NCBI GenBank assembly: GCA_021463465.1
Contig: JAJTYH010000003.1
Span: forward strand, 3,043 to 67,042
Reading direction: 5' to 3'
From: a bacterium
GTDB taxonomy: Bacteria > Patescibacteriota > Dojkabacteria > SC72
Length of the DNA: 64,000 bases
In this document: piece after piece, positions 22,492-32,278 of the stretch
Numbering within the stretch: position 1 is the stretch's first letter
Layout: every line of letters starts with the position of its first letter
Notes under the pieces: generated by a model
Databases searched by the model: none
What the model saw: the letters and a program-made list of their open reading frames with translations, nothing else
What the model was told of the DNA's origin: nothing
Program-made: the position numbers and the translations under genes

Positions 22492-23952
22492 CTACTTCAG
22501 TTCGCTCATATTGCTTCCAGAGGAGACATTCACTTCCAGCGGAACATTGAGTTTAACGACATTTTTCATAATATCTTTAACCTTCTCACTGAATTCCTCT
22601 ACAAGTTCTTCTTTTACCTCAAAAATCAATTCATCATGAATCTGTAGGAGCATATAAGCTCTATCCCTGTATTTCTTCTGAATCATTTCATCTATCTCGA
22701 CCATTGCAAGCCTCATAATATCAGCTTCACCTCCTTGGATAGGCATATTAACAGCTTCGCGAATTGCCGCATTAAGCATATTTCGATTGCGAGAAGATAG
22801 TCCAGCAATATGCCTTGTCCTCCCAAACATTGACTGAGCGTATCCATACTTAAGTGCTATCTCCTTAGCCCGATTAATATAGTTACCTACCCCCGAGTAT
22901 GTTTTGAAATACTCTTCAATATACTGCTGAGCCAATTCACCAGAAATCCCAGCCAATCGAGATAATCCATACTTGGTTTGACCAAAAAGAATTGCAAAGT
23001 TAATAGTTTTACCCAAATTCCGCTCATCTTTTGTTATTTCACCCTCAGGTTTACCCATAACCCTTGCTGCCGTAGACATATGGATATCCTTCCCTTTAAT
23101 GAAATCTTCGACAAGCGCACTATCCAGAGAAATATCAGCCATAACCCTGAATTCAATCTGCGAATAGTCGGCCCCTACAATTTTAAAACCTTTTCTTGGC
23201 ACAAACACTGAGCGTATCTTCGACGCAAACTCACCTCGTGCTGGGATATTCTGCATATTAGGATTAATAGAAGAGAAACGTCCAGACGAAGAACCAGTCA
23301 TTTTAAAATCGGTATGAACGACAAAACCTTCACCTTCTGATTCAATCGCCATCAAAGGTTTGACATAAGTACTGTGAATCTTAGTAACTTCCCGATACCT
23401 AAGAACTAATTCAATAACCGGATGCAAAGATTTAAGCTCATTAAGGATTTCCTCTCTGGTACTGCGCTTCCGACCGCTCACAGGCAATGAAAGTTCCGTA
23501 AAGAGCACATCAGCCAACTGCTTTGGGGAATTCACATTAAATTCATGACCTATCTCTTCATAAATCCTTTCAGTGACAATCACCGTTTCTTTAGAAAGCA
23601 GTTTATCTATCTCAATGAGCCTATCCCTTCTTAATGTAACACCTCTCTTTTCCATCCTGGAGAGCACCCGTGCAAGCGGTATATCAAGAAAATTAGAAAC
23701 GACTTCGTAAGGAGTTAACCCTCTGCTTTTAAATCTATCCACTAAGAACTCAAACCATTTCTCGACATACTCACTATTTTCCGTATTCTTCATCTGAGCT
23801 TTCAACGCGTCAACAATTTCAATAAATGCTTTCCCTATTTTATTGGCATCACCCTTGTCCAGCTTGTCAGGCAAGGCTTTAGCTACAAACTCAAAAGCGA
23901 TTGAAGGCAAGTCGTATGATTTCTTACCAGAAGAAAGTAAATGGGAAAGCAA
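22492..23952 (-). CDS. polA: DNA polymerase I, polymerase part (-1 frame continuation of 23988-25148)
   Basis: GRFSSINPNMQNIP, ADYSQIEFR, KTINFAILFG, QIHDELIFE; frame is open upstream to about 24018. Confidence 0.95.
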   Translation of the reverse strand: MLSHLLSSGKKSYDLPSIAFEFVAKALPDKLDKGDANKIGKAFIEIVDALKAQMKNTENSEYVEKWFEFLVDRFKSRGLTPYEVVSNFLDIPLARVLSRMEKRGVTLRRDRLIEIDKLLSKETVIVTERIYEEIGHEFNVNSPKQLADVLFTELSLPVSGRKRSTREEILNELKSLHPVIELVLRYREVTKIHSTYVKPLMAIESEGEGFVVHTDFKMTGSSSGRFSSINPNMQNIPARGEFASKIRSVFVPRKGFKIVGADYSQIEFRVMADISLDSALVEDFIKGKDIHMSTAARVMGKPEGEITKDERNLGKTINFAILFGQTKYGLSRLAGISGELAQQYIEEYFKTYSGVGNYINRAKEIALKYGYAQSMFGRTRHIAGLSSRNRNMLNAAIREAVNMPIQGGEADIMRLAMVEIDEMIQKKYRDRAYMLLQIHDELIFEVKEELVEEFSEKVKDIMKNVVKLNVPLEVNVSSGSNMSELK

Positions 23953-23987
23953 CTTTATATCGAAAAAGCTTTTTCCTTTAGCAAAGT

Positions 23988-25148
23988 CTACCTGTTCCCC
24001 TTTCCCACAGCTTCTTCGTAATTATAAAACCAGGTTTCACAGCTTTCATCGTCCGTGAAACTCGGAATAATCTCTGTGGATAAATTCCCCTCCTTATCCG
24101 CGATACATTTTAACCAAAAAGGCTCTACAGCTACCTCTTCCCGAGGAAAGTAGCCATATATAACAGTTCTCGGAGTGCCGACAGGTACAAAACCCTGGGA
24201 CTCACTATCGACCTCAACGCCAAACATCCCTAATTGCTCGCCCCTACTTTGCCTATTTGCCGATTTAGGAATTTTGGTGATTAAAGACCTAAATTCGAGT
24301 TTTTTAAATATTGTCGCCACTTCGTTTTCATCAAAATCACTTAACAAACAACTTTCGAGCTGTAAGTTCAAATCCACACTTTTATTTATTGTAGCTAGAT
24401 CCTTACTAAACTCAGCCTGCTCTACACCTTCCTTTAATAAAGTTGCTACTCTAGGCGTTAAAGAGGTTAAGTTTTTGTATATACCCCCTAGGGTACCGTA
24501 CTTATCCAAAAGATCTTTGGCCGTTTTATCCCCCACGCCTTTAATGCCCGGAATATTATCCGAAGCATCCCCTACAATAGCCTTATACTCCACAACCTGC
24601 TCTGGGTAATAACCATATTTATTAAAAGCAGCATTTCTATCGAAAATACTGAGATTACTAAAACTTCCCTGAGGGATACAAACCTTAACTTTCTTACCGA
24701 TAAGCTGCAAAAAATCCCTATCGCCTGTTATTAAATACGTATCAGTATCGTAATTCGTCCATTTTCCCCTCTCAACCCACTCTGAAATGGTACCTAATAT
24801 ATCATCTGCCTCATATCCATCTTTCTTAAGAATAGGAATATTCATCGCCTTAACTACCTCTTCCACTATTGGAAATTGGTCAATCAGCGATTGATCGGTT
24901 GGTTTACGGTGTGCTTTGTACTCTACATACTTTGCATGTCTAAAAGTTGGCTTACTTGTATCAAAAGCACAGACCACGTACTTAGGATCAAACTGTTTCA
25001 ACACCTGCAAAAGCATCACTGTGAACCCGTACACAGCATTTACCTGAACTCCATCAGACGTAGTTAGTGAAGCGGGATATGCGTGGAATGCTCTGTGAAT
25101 AATTGCGTTTGCATCAATCCCAATGAACAAGTCTTTACCCTTTGCCAT
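23988..25148 (-). CDS. polA: DNA polymerase I, 5'-3' exonuclease part
   Basis: IDANAIIHRAFHA, YEADD, ITGDRD, GDASDNIPGIKGVGDKTA. Confidence 0.95.
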   Translation of the reverse strand: MAKGKDLFIGIDANAIIHRAFHAYPASLTTSDGVQVNAVYGFTVMLLQVLKQFDPKYVVCAFDTSKPTFRHAKYVEYKAHRKPTDQSLIDQFPIVEEVVKAMNIPILKKDGYEADDILGTISEWVERGKWTNYDTDTYLITGDRDFLQLIGKKVKVCIPQGSFSNLSIFDRNAAFNKYGYYPEQVVEYKAIVGDASDNIPGIKGVGDKTAKDLLDKYGTLGGIYKNLTSLTPRVATLLKEGVEQAEFSKDLATINKSVDLNLQLESCLLSDFDENEVATIFKKLEFRSLITKIPKSANRQSRGEQLGMFGVEVDSESQGFVPVGTPRTVIYGYFPREEVAVEPFWLKCIADKEGNLSTEIIPSFTDDESCETWFYNYEEAVGKGNR

Positions 25149-25172
25149 AGCGTATTATACTCTACCAACCAG

Positions 25173-27047
25173 TTACTTCTCAATAACCCTGTTAAATTCC
25201 TCCCTGCTAAGCTCTTCTTTCTCCATCAGTTTGGCCACTAATTTGTCTACATCAACCTTATGGTCGCTGAGAATCTTACGGGCATTTTTCTGAGCCAAAT
25301 CAATGATAGACTTAATCTCATTGTCGATAAGTTCCGCCGTTTTATCGCTATAATCCCTATCGCCCCCATACGAATATCCCAAATGAGTAGTCTCTTCCAT
25401 ATTTCCATATTTAACAAAGCCCAACTTTTCACTCATCCCCCAACGACGAACCATCAATTTAGCGATATCTGTAGCATGTTCAATATCCGAAGCGGCACCA
25501 TTACTCATCTCACCAAACCATATCTCTTCAGCAATTTTTCCACCCACAGAAGACTGAATTGCGGCGAAAAGCTGAGTCTTCGTCTCGTTCGATCTATCTT
25601 CTTCTGGTACATAAACAGTGACACCACCGGACATTCCTCTGGAGATCATAGAAACCAACTCCACAGGAGAAGATCCTTCAGTGAATTTGGCAACAACTGC
25701 ATGCCCCGCCTCATGATAAGCAACTCTTTTAAGGTCTTCTTCGGTTCGTTTGTTTTTAAGCTGCCTTCCAAGTTTAACTTTAAGATATGACTCCAAAAGA
25801 TGCGACTGAGTAATCTCTTTTTTGTTCTCTTTAGCTGCCATAATTGCAGCTTCGTTCAAGAGATTTTCTAAATCTGCACCCGAATACCCCACTGTTTTCT
25901 TCGCAACAATCTCCAAGTTTGTTTTTTCAGCAAACTTTTTATTCACCGCATGGACCTTTAATATATCCAATCTCTCATGGAAGTCTGGCATTCGAACAGT
26001 TATAGTACGGTCAAAACGACCTGGACGAAGAATCGCTGGATCCAATACATCTGGACGATTTGTAGCAGCAAGGACTATTACATTCTCGCGATCTTCAAGT
26101 CCGTCCATTTCAACCAAAATTTGGTTTAGAGTTTGCTCTCCCGCTCCAGAATGGAGCACAGTACCTCTCTTTTTTGCCACAGCATCTATTTCATCAATAA
26201 AAACGATACAAGGAGCGGCTCTTCTAGCTTTTTGGAACAAGTCTCGAACCCTAGAAGCACCTGCGCCAACCAACATCTCTTCAAATTCTGAACCAGAAGT
26301 ATGGAAAAATGGTACTTTAGCCTCACCTGCTACGGCTTTAGCTAAAAGTGTTTTGCCTGTACCAGGTGCACCAGCAAGCAGAACACCCTTAGGGATTCGT
26401 GCGCCTGCATCAGTGTACTTTTTAGGACTTTTCAAAAAATCAACTATCTCAATCAACTCTTCTTTAACGTCTTCAATTCCAGCAACACTATCAAAGGTTA
26501 CTCCAACCTTTTTACCAAAAAGCAGTCTAGCTTTTGACTGACCAAAATCCATAAGTTTACCCCCTGATTGCTGCATCCCGCGAATCATGTTGTACATCAT
26601 CACAAGTCCAACGCTAAGTAGAATCATCCAAATGATATCTGCAATAGAAATCTGAAAAGATGGCTGGTAAAAGTCATTTTTAAGTGTCTTAATGTCCACC
26701 CCAGCATCTGCTAAAACTGAATAGAAATCAGTACCTGGTTGCACCAAAGCAAACGAACGTTGCGTAGTCTTTATCTCAGTTCCGCCAACATTCTGGATAG
26801 CTTCTTTTGAGAGGATAACCATCTCATCTTTGATGGCAACTTTACTGTAATCACCTCGTGAAATATCACTAACGATTGCACTCAATGAAACCTCTTTCCC
26901 TCTTGCTTGTGCACCAAGAAAAAATGACCAGCATGTGAAAACAACAGCAAATATAATAAGCGAAATTAAGAGATTTGTCAGATTAAAGACCTTACTCTCA
27001 GGTTTAAACTTTACGATATTTGGGCTATTTTTTTCTTGTTGAGGCAT
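25173..27047 (-). CDS. ftsH: ATP-dependent zinc metalloprotease FtsH
   Basis: Two TMs, GAPGTGKT, second region of homology, HEAGH. Confidence 0.98.
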   Translation of the reverse strand: MPQQEKNSPNIVKFKPESKVFNLTNLLISLIIFAVVFTCWSFFLGAQARGKEVSLSAIVSDISRGDYSKVAIKDEMVILSKEAIQNVGGTEIKTTQRSFALVQPGTDFYSVLADAGVDIKTLKNDFYQPSFQISIADIIWMILLSVGLVMMYNMIRGMQQSGGKLMDFGQSKARLLFGKKVGVTFDSVAGIEDVKEELIEIVDFLKSPKKYTDAGARIPKGVLLAGAPGTGKTLLAKAVAGEAKVPFFHTSGSEFEEMLVGAGASRVRDLFQKARRAAPCIVFIDEIDAVAKKRGTVLHSGAGEQTLNQILVEMDGLEDRENVIVLAATNRPDVLDPAILRPGRFDRTITVRMPDFHERLDILKVHAVNKKFAEKTNLEIVAKKTVGYSGADLENLLNEAAIMAAKENKKEITQSHLLESYLKVKLGRQLKNKRTEEDLKRVAYHEAGHAVVAKFTEGSSPVELVSMISRGMSGGVTVYVPEEDRSNETKTQLFAAIQSSVGGKIAEEIWFGEMSNGAASDIEHATDIAKLMVRRWGMSEKLGFVKYGNMEETTHLGYSYGGDRDYSDKTAELIDNEIKSIIDLAQKNARKILSDHKVDVDKLVAKLMEKEELSREEFNRVIEK

Positions 27048-27073
27048 TAATATAGAGATAAATGTTAAAAATA

Positions 27074-27147
27074 TGGTGACGACAGGAATCGAACCTGTGA
27101 CCTTGGGTTTATGAATCCCATGCTCTAACCTTCTGAGCTACGTCACC
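27074..27147 (-). tRNA. tRNA-Met(CAT), probably elongator
   Basis: Cloverleaf GGTGACG...CGTCACCA, CAT anticodon, paired 1:72. Confidence 0.88.
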
Positions 27148-27181
27148 AAGTGTCTGAAATTATATCATCAAAGGAAGCTTT

Positions 27182-27745
27182 CTAGCTATTGACCCGACCA
27201 GAATACTCTCCTGTCTCTGTATTCACAATAACAATATCTCCCTCATTAACAAAAAGTGGTACATTTATTTTTAAACCTGTTTCGAGAGTAACTGTTTTAG
27301 TCGGATTACCTGCGGTATTCCCCCTGACTCCATCTGCAGCTTCTGATACTTTTAAATTCACAGATGGTTTACGTCTAACATCCAGGACTTTACCCTCATA
27401 TTCAACTACTAAAGTTTTATCCCCCTCTTTAAGGAACGGTACATAATCTCCAATCATTGCAAAAGACAAAGATACCGTTTCAAATGTTTCTGAATTCATA
27501 AAATACGCACTCTTACCATCATTGTATAAATACTGTACAGACTTAGTTTCTGGTTCAAAAACTTCGACTTTAACTCCAGCTTTAATTGTAATTGTTGAGT
27601 TGTTACCTGTCTCAACACTTCGAAGCTTCAGTGTAAGGAGTCCGCCCTGTCTCCCTTGAGTCTTATACGCCCGGTCCATGATGTAATAATCCTTACCTTC
27701 AAGGCGCATATACATATCTTTTCTTGGCTGATCAGTAAATGGCAT
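27182..27745 (-). CDS. efp: Elongation factor P (Arg32 tip)
   Basis: QYLYNDG, GVRGNTA, LETGLKINVPLFVNEGD, TETGEY. Confidence 0.95.
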   Translation of the reverse strand: MPFTDQPRKDMYMRLEGKDYYIMDRAYKTQGRQGGLLTLKLRSVETGNNSTITIKAGVKVEVFEPETKSVQYLYNDGKSAYFMNSETFETVSLSFAMIGDYVPFLKEGDKTLVVEYEGKVLDVRRKPSVNLKVSEAADGVRGNTAGNPTKTVTLETGLKINVPLFVNEGDIVIVNTETGEYSGRVNS

Positions 27746-27816
27746 AAATTACGGTATCAAAACATTATGAAAAACCTTATATTCTACTATTATATCGCAA
27801 AACCTTGCAACTGGGT

Positions 27817-28728
27817 TTATTTTATAACAAGATTCACAGACGCTTCATGGCTAGCGTCAATTGCTCCAGATTTGGAAATTTGTTTATGTTGACCCGTGCA
27901 AGCACTACCTTTTTTATGCGTTACAGACACATTTATCGTAATTTGTTCTGGGAAACTTTCGGCGACAAAGTGGTTGACTGATACATCCTCACAATTTTGA
28001 GACGCGCCTGTTAATGTGTAGTGCCATTTAGTACCGTCATGTGAATAATGTAGAGTATAACCATGTGAAGTGATTTCCTTTTCAGTCGCCTGACTCGGTT
28101 TGTAATTTTTCAAATCATTAAAACTTCCACCAGTATCATGAGGTTTATTTGCTACAGGTGTACTATCTGGTGAATAGATATTGCAAACTGCCTCGCATGA
28201 AAACATATCTCCACTAAGTGGGTTATGAGGAGGCAGATACTTGCATCCATCAACCTTAGATTTATATCCAACACTTGAAATTGACTTATCCAAAGAAGAT
28301 ATCAAAGAACGAATTGAAGATTTAACAGCATGGCTTGACGTTGAGTCCGCTCCTAATTCTTTTAAGTACCTTGCTAAATCTTCACGGATATCCGCCATTT
28401 TCTTAACTTTAGGATCAGTTTTTGTTGCGTCCTCTACTTGGCATTTTACATATTTATCTGTATTAGGGACGCACACATTAGAATTTGCTTTCGCCATTAC
28501 AACACTTCCGCCATGTTTGCAGACACACTTCGTAGGCAAACATACTGACTTTTCACCAGCACCACATGCCCTGCCTTGACTACAAGTACTAGGTAAGAAT
28601 GCAGCATTAGAGTCACTTGCCCCCAAAAAACCAGAACTGTTCATATACCATCCAGCGCACAGCAATAAGATAAAAAGTACCCCACCGATTATCATTACAA
28701 TCTTTGACTTTTTGCTCACTGTCTTCAT
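27817..28728 (-). CDS. Hypothetical Cys-rich exported protein
   Basis: N-terminal TM/signal, many Cys, beta-rich C-terminal domain. Confidence 0.65.
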   Translation of the reverse strand: MKTVSKKSKIVMIIGGVLFILLLCAGWYMNSSGFLGASDSNAAFLPSTCSQGRACGAGEKSVCLPTKCVCKHGGSVVMAKANSNVCVPNTDKYVKCQVEDATKTDPKVKKMADIREDLARYLKELGADSTSSHAVKSSIRSLISSLDKSISSVGYKSKVDGCKYLPPHNPLSGDMFSCEAVCNIYSPDSTPVANKPHDTGGSFNDLKNYKPSQATEKEITSHGYTLHYSHDGTKWHYTLTGASQNCEDVSVNHFVAESFPEQITINVSVTHKKGSACTGQHKQISKSGAIDASHEASVNLVIK

Positions 28729-28790
28729 CTGTTAATGCTTGAAAGTTAAGTTAAGAATAAAGTAACAAAAGGGACATGGTTATGCAATCC

Positions 28791-29825
28791 CTATTTTAAG
28801 CTTATTGTTCCAAAAAATGTTAATACTTTGGAGTACGCAGTAACGATAAAGGTATCAATAGCTAAAAGCCAGTCAACCCCTTTATCAATAACTGCAATTG
28901 CATCGATGGTACCCTGTAACTTTTCAGTGTCAATACCTAAAACATCATCTTGAAATAGAACAAGCTGGTTTGGATTATCCTGGGTTCCAAGTACCTCTTT
29001 ACCTAGTACGCTGTTTTGAAGTTCCTCTTCAGCCGTCGTTACTCTTTCCGAAGTGATTATATATGATATGACAGGAAACTCTTTAATAATATTTGTGCCT
29101 TTACCGTCATTGGCTAATACCATTGAAGTTGGGAGGAATTCTACCTGCGTAAGTCCAGCACTTTTCGATTTAAAATATACTGTACCAAAAACCCCACTCT
29201 CTTTATCAAATCCAGGATGTGGTAATCCGCCAGTAAGTCGAGAATAGCCAGTTTCGTTATTAATCTCTTTCTGAATAAATACATTGGCAAAAGATTCTGA
29301 AGTGGTAATATCTACTACTTCAATTTTTTCAGGGTCAAAAGCTAAATCGGCTTGTACTGCATTAATTGGAGTCTTAACGCCAGAAATCTCAATTTTCATT
29401 GGAAATATCTCTCCTATCTTATACTGTGACTTATCAGGAATCACGAAAGAAACTGTCTTTGGTACTTTAATCAAACCAAGCGATTCAATTACCTGACGCT
29501 CAATAAACACCACAGCAACTGAAAGGACTGTTACCATAAATACTAGGAGCCCATTATAAAGAGATGAGGTTAATGTCTTTGGTTCAACGCCTTGAGATTT
29601 GAGGACTTTTTCATGGCACAATCTACACATCTGCCCATCTTCACGTGAACGACACGAGAAGCATACTAACGATTTTGGGAAAAATAACCACCATATTGGA
29701 TAGGCTGCCGCTACGAAAAGTCCGAAGATACTAAATAAGTGAACAAGCACCCATGATAATGGTATGTATAGCACAAAACGTAAAAAAGATAGGAAAAGTG
29801 CTGGTTTTAACTCGAGTTTTTCCAT
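28791..29825 (-). CDS. Membrane protein with cohesin domain
   Basis: TMs, CxxC...CxxC, then INAVQADLAFDPEKIEVVDI...FGTVYFKSKSAG cohesin-like pattern. Confidence 0.75.
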   Translation of the reverse strand: MEKLELKPALFLSFLRFVLYIPLSWVLVHLFSIFGLFVAAAYPIWWLFFPKSLVCFSCRSREDGQMCRLCHEKVLKSQGVEPKTLTSSLYNGLLVFMVTVLSVAVVFIERQVIESLGLIKVPKTVSFVIPDKSQYKIGEIFPMKIEISGVKTPINAVQADLAFDPEKIEVVDITTSESFANVFIQKEINNETGYSRLTGGLPHPGFDKESGVFGTVYFKSKSAGLTQVEFLPTSMVLANDGKGTNIIKEFPVISYIITSERVTTAEEELQNSVLGKEVLGTQDNPNQLVLFQDDVLGIDTEKLQGTIDAIAVIDKGVDWLLAIDTFIVTAYSKVLTFFGTISLK

Positions 29826-30403
29826 TCGGAGTAGTATAACAAAATTGAGAAATCAAAGATATCACACTTCCTATCCCCATTTACATCACATCCAGTCCAC
29901 ACAACTTCTTGAGGCGAAGTCAGTGTTTCCTTTGATATAAAAAGGTTCCAGCTACTATTCCAAGACTTCACAAATCGAATAAACTCGTCAGCAACCAACC
30001 AACCGTCCCTATTAATATCATAAGATCTAAGTAATAATGGCAACCTTAAAAGTGGTATGGGTTCAAACGTTGATGTCACAGGTGGCGATAATGTGGGAGA
30101 TGAGACAGGTGGGTTTGGAGTAATTGGAGGGTTTGGAAAAACACATGCACTGAAATCAAACGCACAGCTAGCATCACAAAAAGTCTCTCCCTTACCCATA
30201 CCGTAATCTTGGCAACTATACTGCAAGCCCAGAACTTGCTCACATTCCTCTTGCCCTTCCACAACCCCGTCGCCACACACACTAAGATCAACCGATGCTC
30301 CAATAGTGGAATCAGACTGCGCAAGGATAGAGGATATATATGAAAAAACCGAAAAGAATAAAATTGCCAATACACTAATTAGAGCTGTAATACTTCTGCT
30401 CAT
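29807..30403 (-). CDS. Secreted protein: Cys-rich repeat, Pro linker, dockerin-like domain
   Basis: CGDGVVEGQEECE; two Ca-loop repeats DINRDGWLVADEF and DVNGDRKCDIFDFSIL. Confidence 0.75.
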   Translation of the reverse strand: MSRSITALISVLAILFFSVFSYISSILAQSDSTIGASVDLSVCGDGVVEGQEECEQVLGLQYSCQDYGMGKGETFCDASCAFDFSACVFPNPPITPNPPVSSPTLSPPVTSTFEPIPLLRLPLLLRSYDINRDGWLVADEFIRFVKSWNSSWNLFISKETLTSPQEVVWTGCDVNGDRKCDIFDFSILLYYSEWKNSS

Positions 30404-30408
30404 GAATA

Positions 30409-31017
30409 CTACTTTTCATCTGATTTCTTAGCCTTAATCTCGATATTAAAGTACTTTTTGAACAATAGCATACCTACACCTGCGCCTAGTAAGATTGAAA
30501 CTCTTTGTGGCCAAGGAGCATACAGATTCCATAAGGATACAGCGCGATAGTACACTCCCATTACAACATTCGCTGGATCAACTACAAAATATAACTTCGA
30601 AGCAGCTGCAATCCCTACAGTAGAGCCTTCTCCATTAACTTTCTTAACAGGAGAAGCTTCAAGGTAAGCGAAATAATCACCAGGGACTACTTTAAGAGGT
30701 ACATCCAAGGTTATTTCAACTACCTGAGATTCGTTGGGTTTAAGGTGGAATTGAGAAGGACTAAAAGAAAACCATTCCGCTGCGGGTTTTTGTTCTGGTT
30801 GCTGCTCATGATAAGTCACAGAAACCGTATAATCACCTTCTTCGTCCCCTGTATTCAAGACGGCAATTTGAGGTAGTTTGTAAATAATTCCAGGTTTTAG
30901 TTTTTCCTCCACAACTATTTTACCCGTTCCGACTCCAACGCCGATAGAGGCAAAAATATTGCCAGAAAACACAAATACCATTAGGAAGACTAGGAGAATC
31001 AGACCGTATTTATTCAT
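30409..31017 (-). CDS. Ig-fold exported protein (DUF916/PapD-like) with C-terminal TM
   Basis: VLNTGD, WFSFSPSQFHLKPNESQVVEITLDVP..VPGDY. Confidence 0.6.
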   Translation of the reverse strand: MNKYGLILLVFLMVFVFSGNIFASIGVGVGTGKIVVEEKLKPGIIYKLPQIAVLNTGDEEGDYTVSVTYHEQQPEQKPAAEWFSFSPSQFHLKPNESQVVEITLDVPLKVVPGDYFAYLEASPVKKVNGEGSTVGIAAASKLYFVVDPANVVMGVYYRAVSLWNLYAPWPQRVSILLGAGVGMLLFKKYFNIEIKAKKSDEK

Positions 31018-31031
31018 ATACTAACTATTCT

Positions 31032-31541
31032 TTAATCCGCAACAGCCTGTACTATAACATCAACGGATTGCGATGTATAGGAAGAAGAAGATGAAGGAGT
31101 TAATAGCTGTAGATGGAAAGTTTGAGTACCACTTGTAGCAACCGAGTTGGCAAGTGTCTGATAGCTTGTCGTTAGAGCAGTATAGTTGGTGGGTGGTGTA
31201 TTGCAGGTAGCAACACAAAATCTATGCACATATTGATCAGCTCCAATAGAGGATGCAAGCGTCCAAGCAGTACTATTTTGGCCCCTTATGTTGAAATCTT
31301 CAGCGACATTACCGTTATTTGTTGCTGTCTGCATGTCATTGACATCACCAGTAATTGTCGATCTAGAAGTGCTGACTGCCATTATACCGTAAGCAATACT
31401 ACCATCGCTAACCGTTACTGAGATATTTTGAGCAGTTACAGTCGCAGCAACAGTGCCAGTATCAGCAGCGTATGCCATAAATCCTGAAAACATAGTAACT
31501 AGTATTAGATAACCAGCAATAATTTTCTTCGAAAGCTTCAT
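31032..31541 (-). CDS. Secreted Thr/Ser-rich beta protein, putative fibre/WxL-like subunit
   Basis: Signal peptide MKLSKK...AYA, alternating N-terminal strand, WTL; the upstream in-frame start lies inside the tRNA, so start set at 31541. Confidence 0.6.
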   Translation of the reverse strand: MKLSKKIIAGYLILVTMFSGFMAYAADTGTVAATVTAQNISVTVSDGSIAYGIMAVSTSRSTITGDVNDMQTATNNGNVAEDFNIRGQNSTAWTLASSIGADQYVHRFCVATCNTPPTNYTALTTSYQTLANSVATSGTQTFHLQLLTPSSSSSYTSQSVDVIVQAVAD

Positions 31542-31628
31542 ATTCAAAAAATAAAAGTAAATCTGACGCTTAAAATTATCTGAATAACGAGAGTTAGTCA
31601 ACAAGCAAACTTTATAGGGTATTAAGAT

Positions 31629-31703
<75 letters not shown>

Positions 31704-31762
31704 TTAACAACTACGCTACGAGATTATATAGGAAATTTCTCGTATCTTCAATTAAATATTAA

Positions 31763-32215
31763 CTACATACCGTAAATAAAAAAATCTTTCCACGTTTCGG
31801 AAACGCTCTTTTCCTCAGGAATCTTTGCAACTCCAAGTTTTAGAATACTCTCTAATTCTTTTTTAGCTAGATTTAAGGATTGATCTGATAGAACAAAGAT
31901 AACCTCTCCTCTTTTCGAGTAATTCAGCCGATTACGAATATCAGTTTCTGTATAATCATCCGTCTCGATACGTGTTTTATCCAATATCAGGGATATATTT
32001 TTTAATCTCAGATCAGTAACTTCTTCCCTTGCCCTATTAAGTATAGCCATTTTATCTTTGGCAATTTGAATCGAGCGAAAGCTGTTAAATAATAAGAAAA
32101 TTGAAAACACAATAAATCCAATCAAAATAAGTAAATTAACAAAGTATGAAAACCCAGAAGCGCTTTGCAGTGTAGAAGACTGATTTTTCTGTTTCTTAAA
32201 AAGTATTTCCTGCAT
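31763..32215 (-). CDS. FtsB/DivIC-like septum formation initiator
   Basis: TM, coiled coil, then IRNRLNYSKRGEVIF. Confidence 0.7.
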   Translation of the reverse strand: MQEILFKKQKNQSSTLQSASGFSYFVNLLILIGFIVFSIFLLFNSFRSIQIAKDKMAILNRAREEVTDLRLKNISLILDKTRIETDDYTETDIRNRLNYSKRGEVIFVLSDQSLNLAKKELESILKLGVAKIPEEKSVSETWKDFFIYGM

Positions 32216-32278
32216 ACTTTCAAATAGTAGCTTAAAGCTTGTTTTAATACAACAAAGTGTTAAAATGCACCCTATAAA

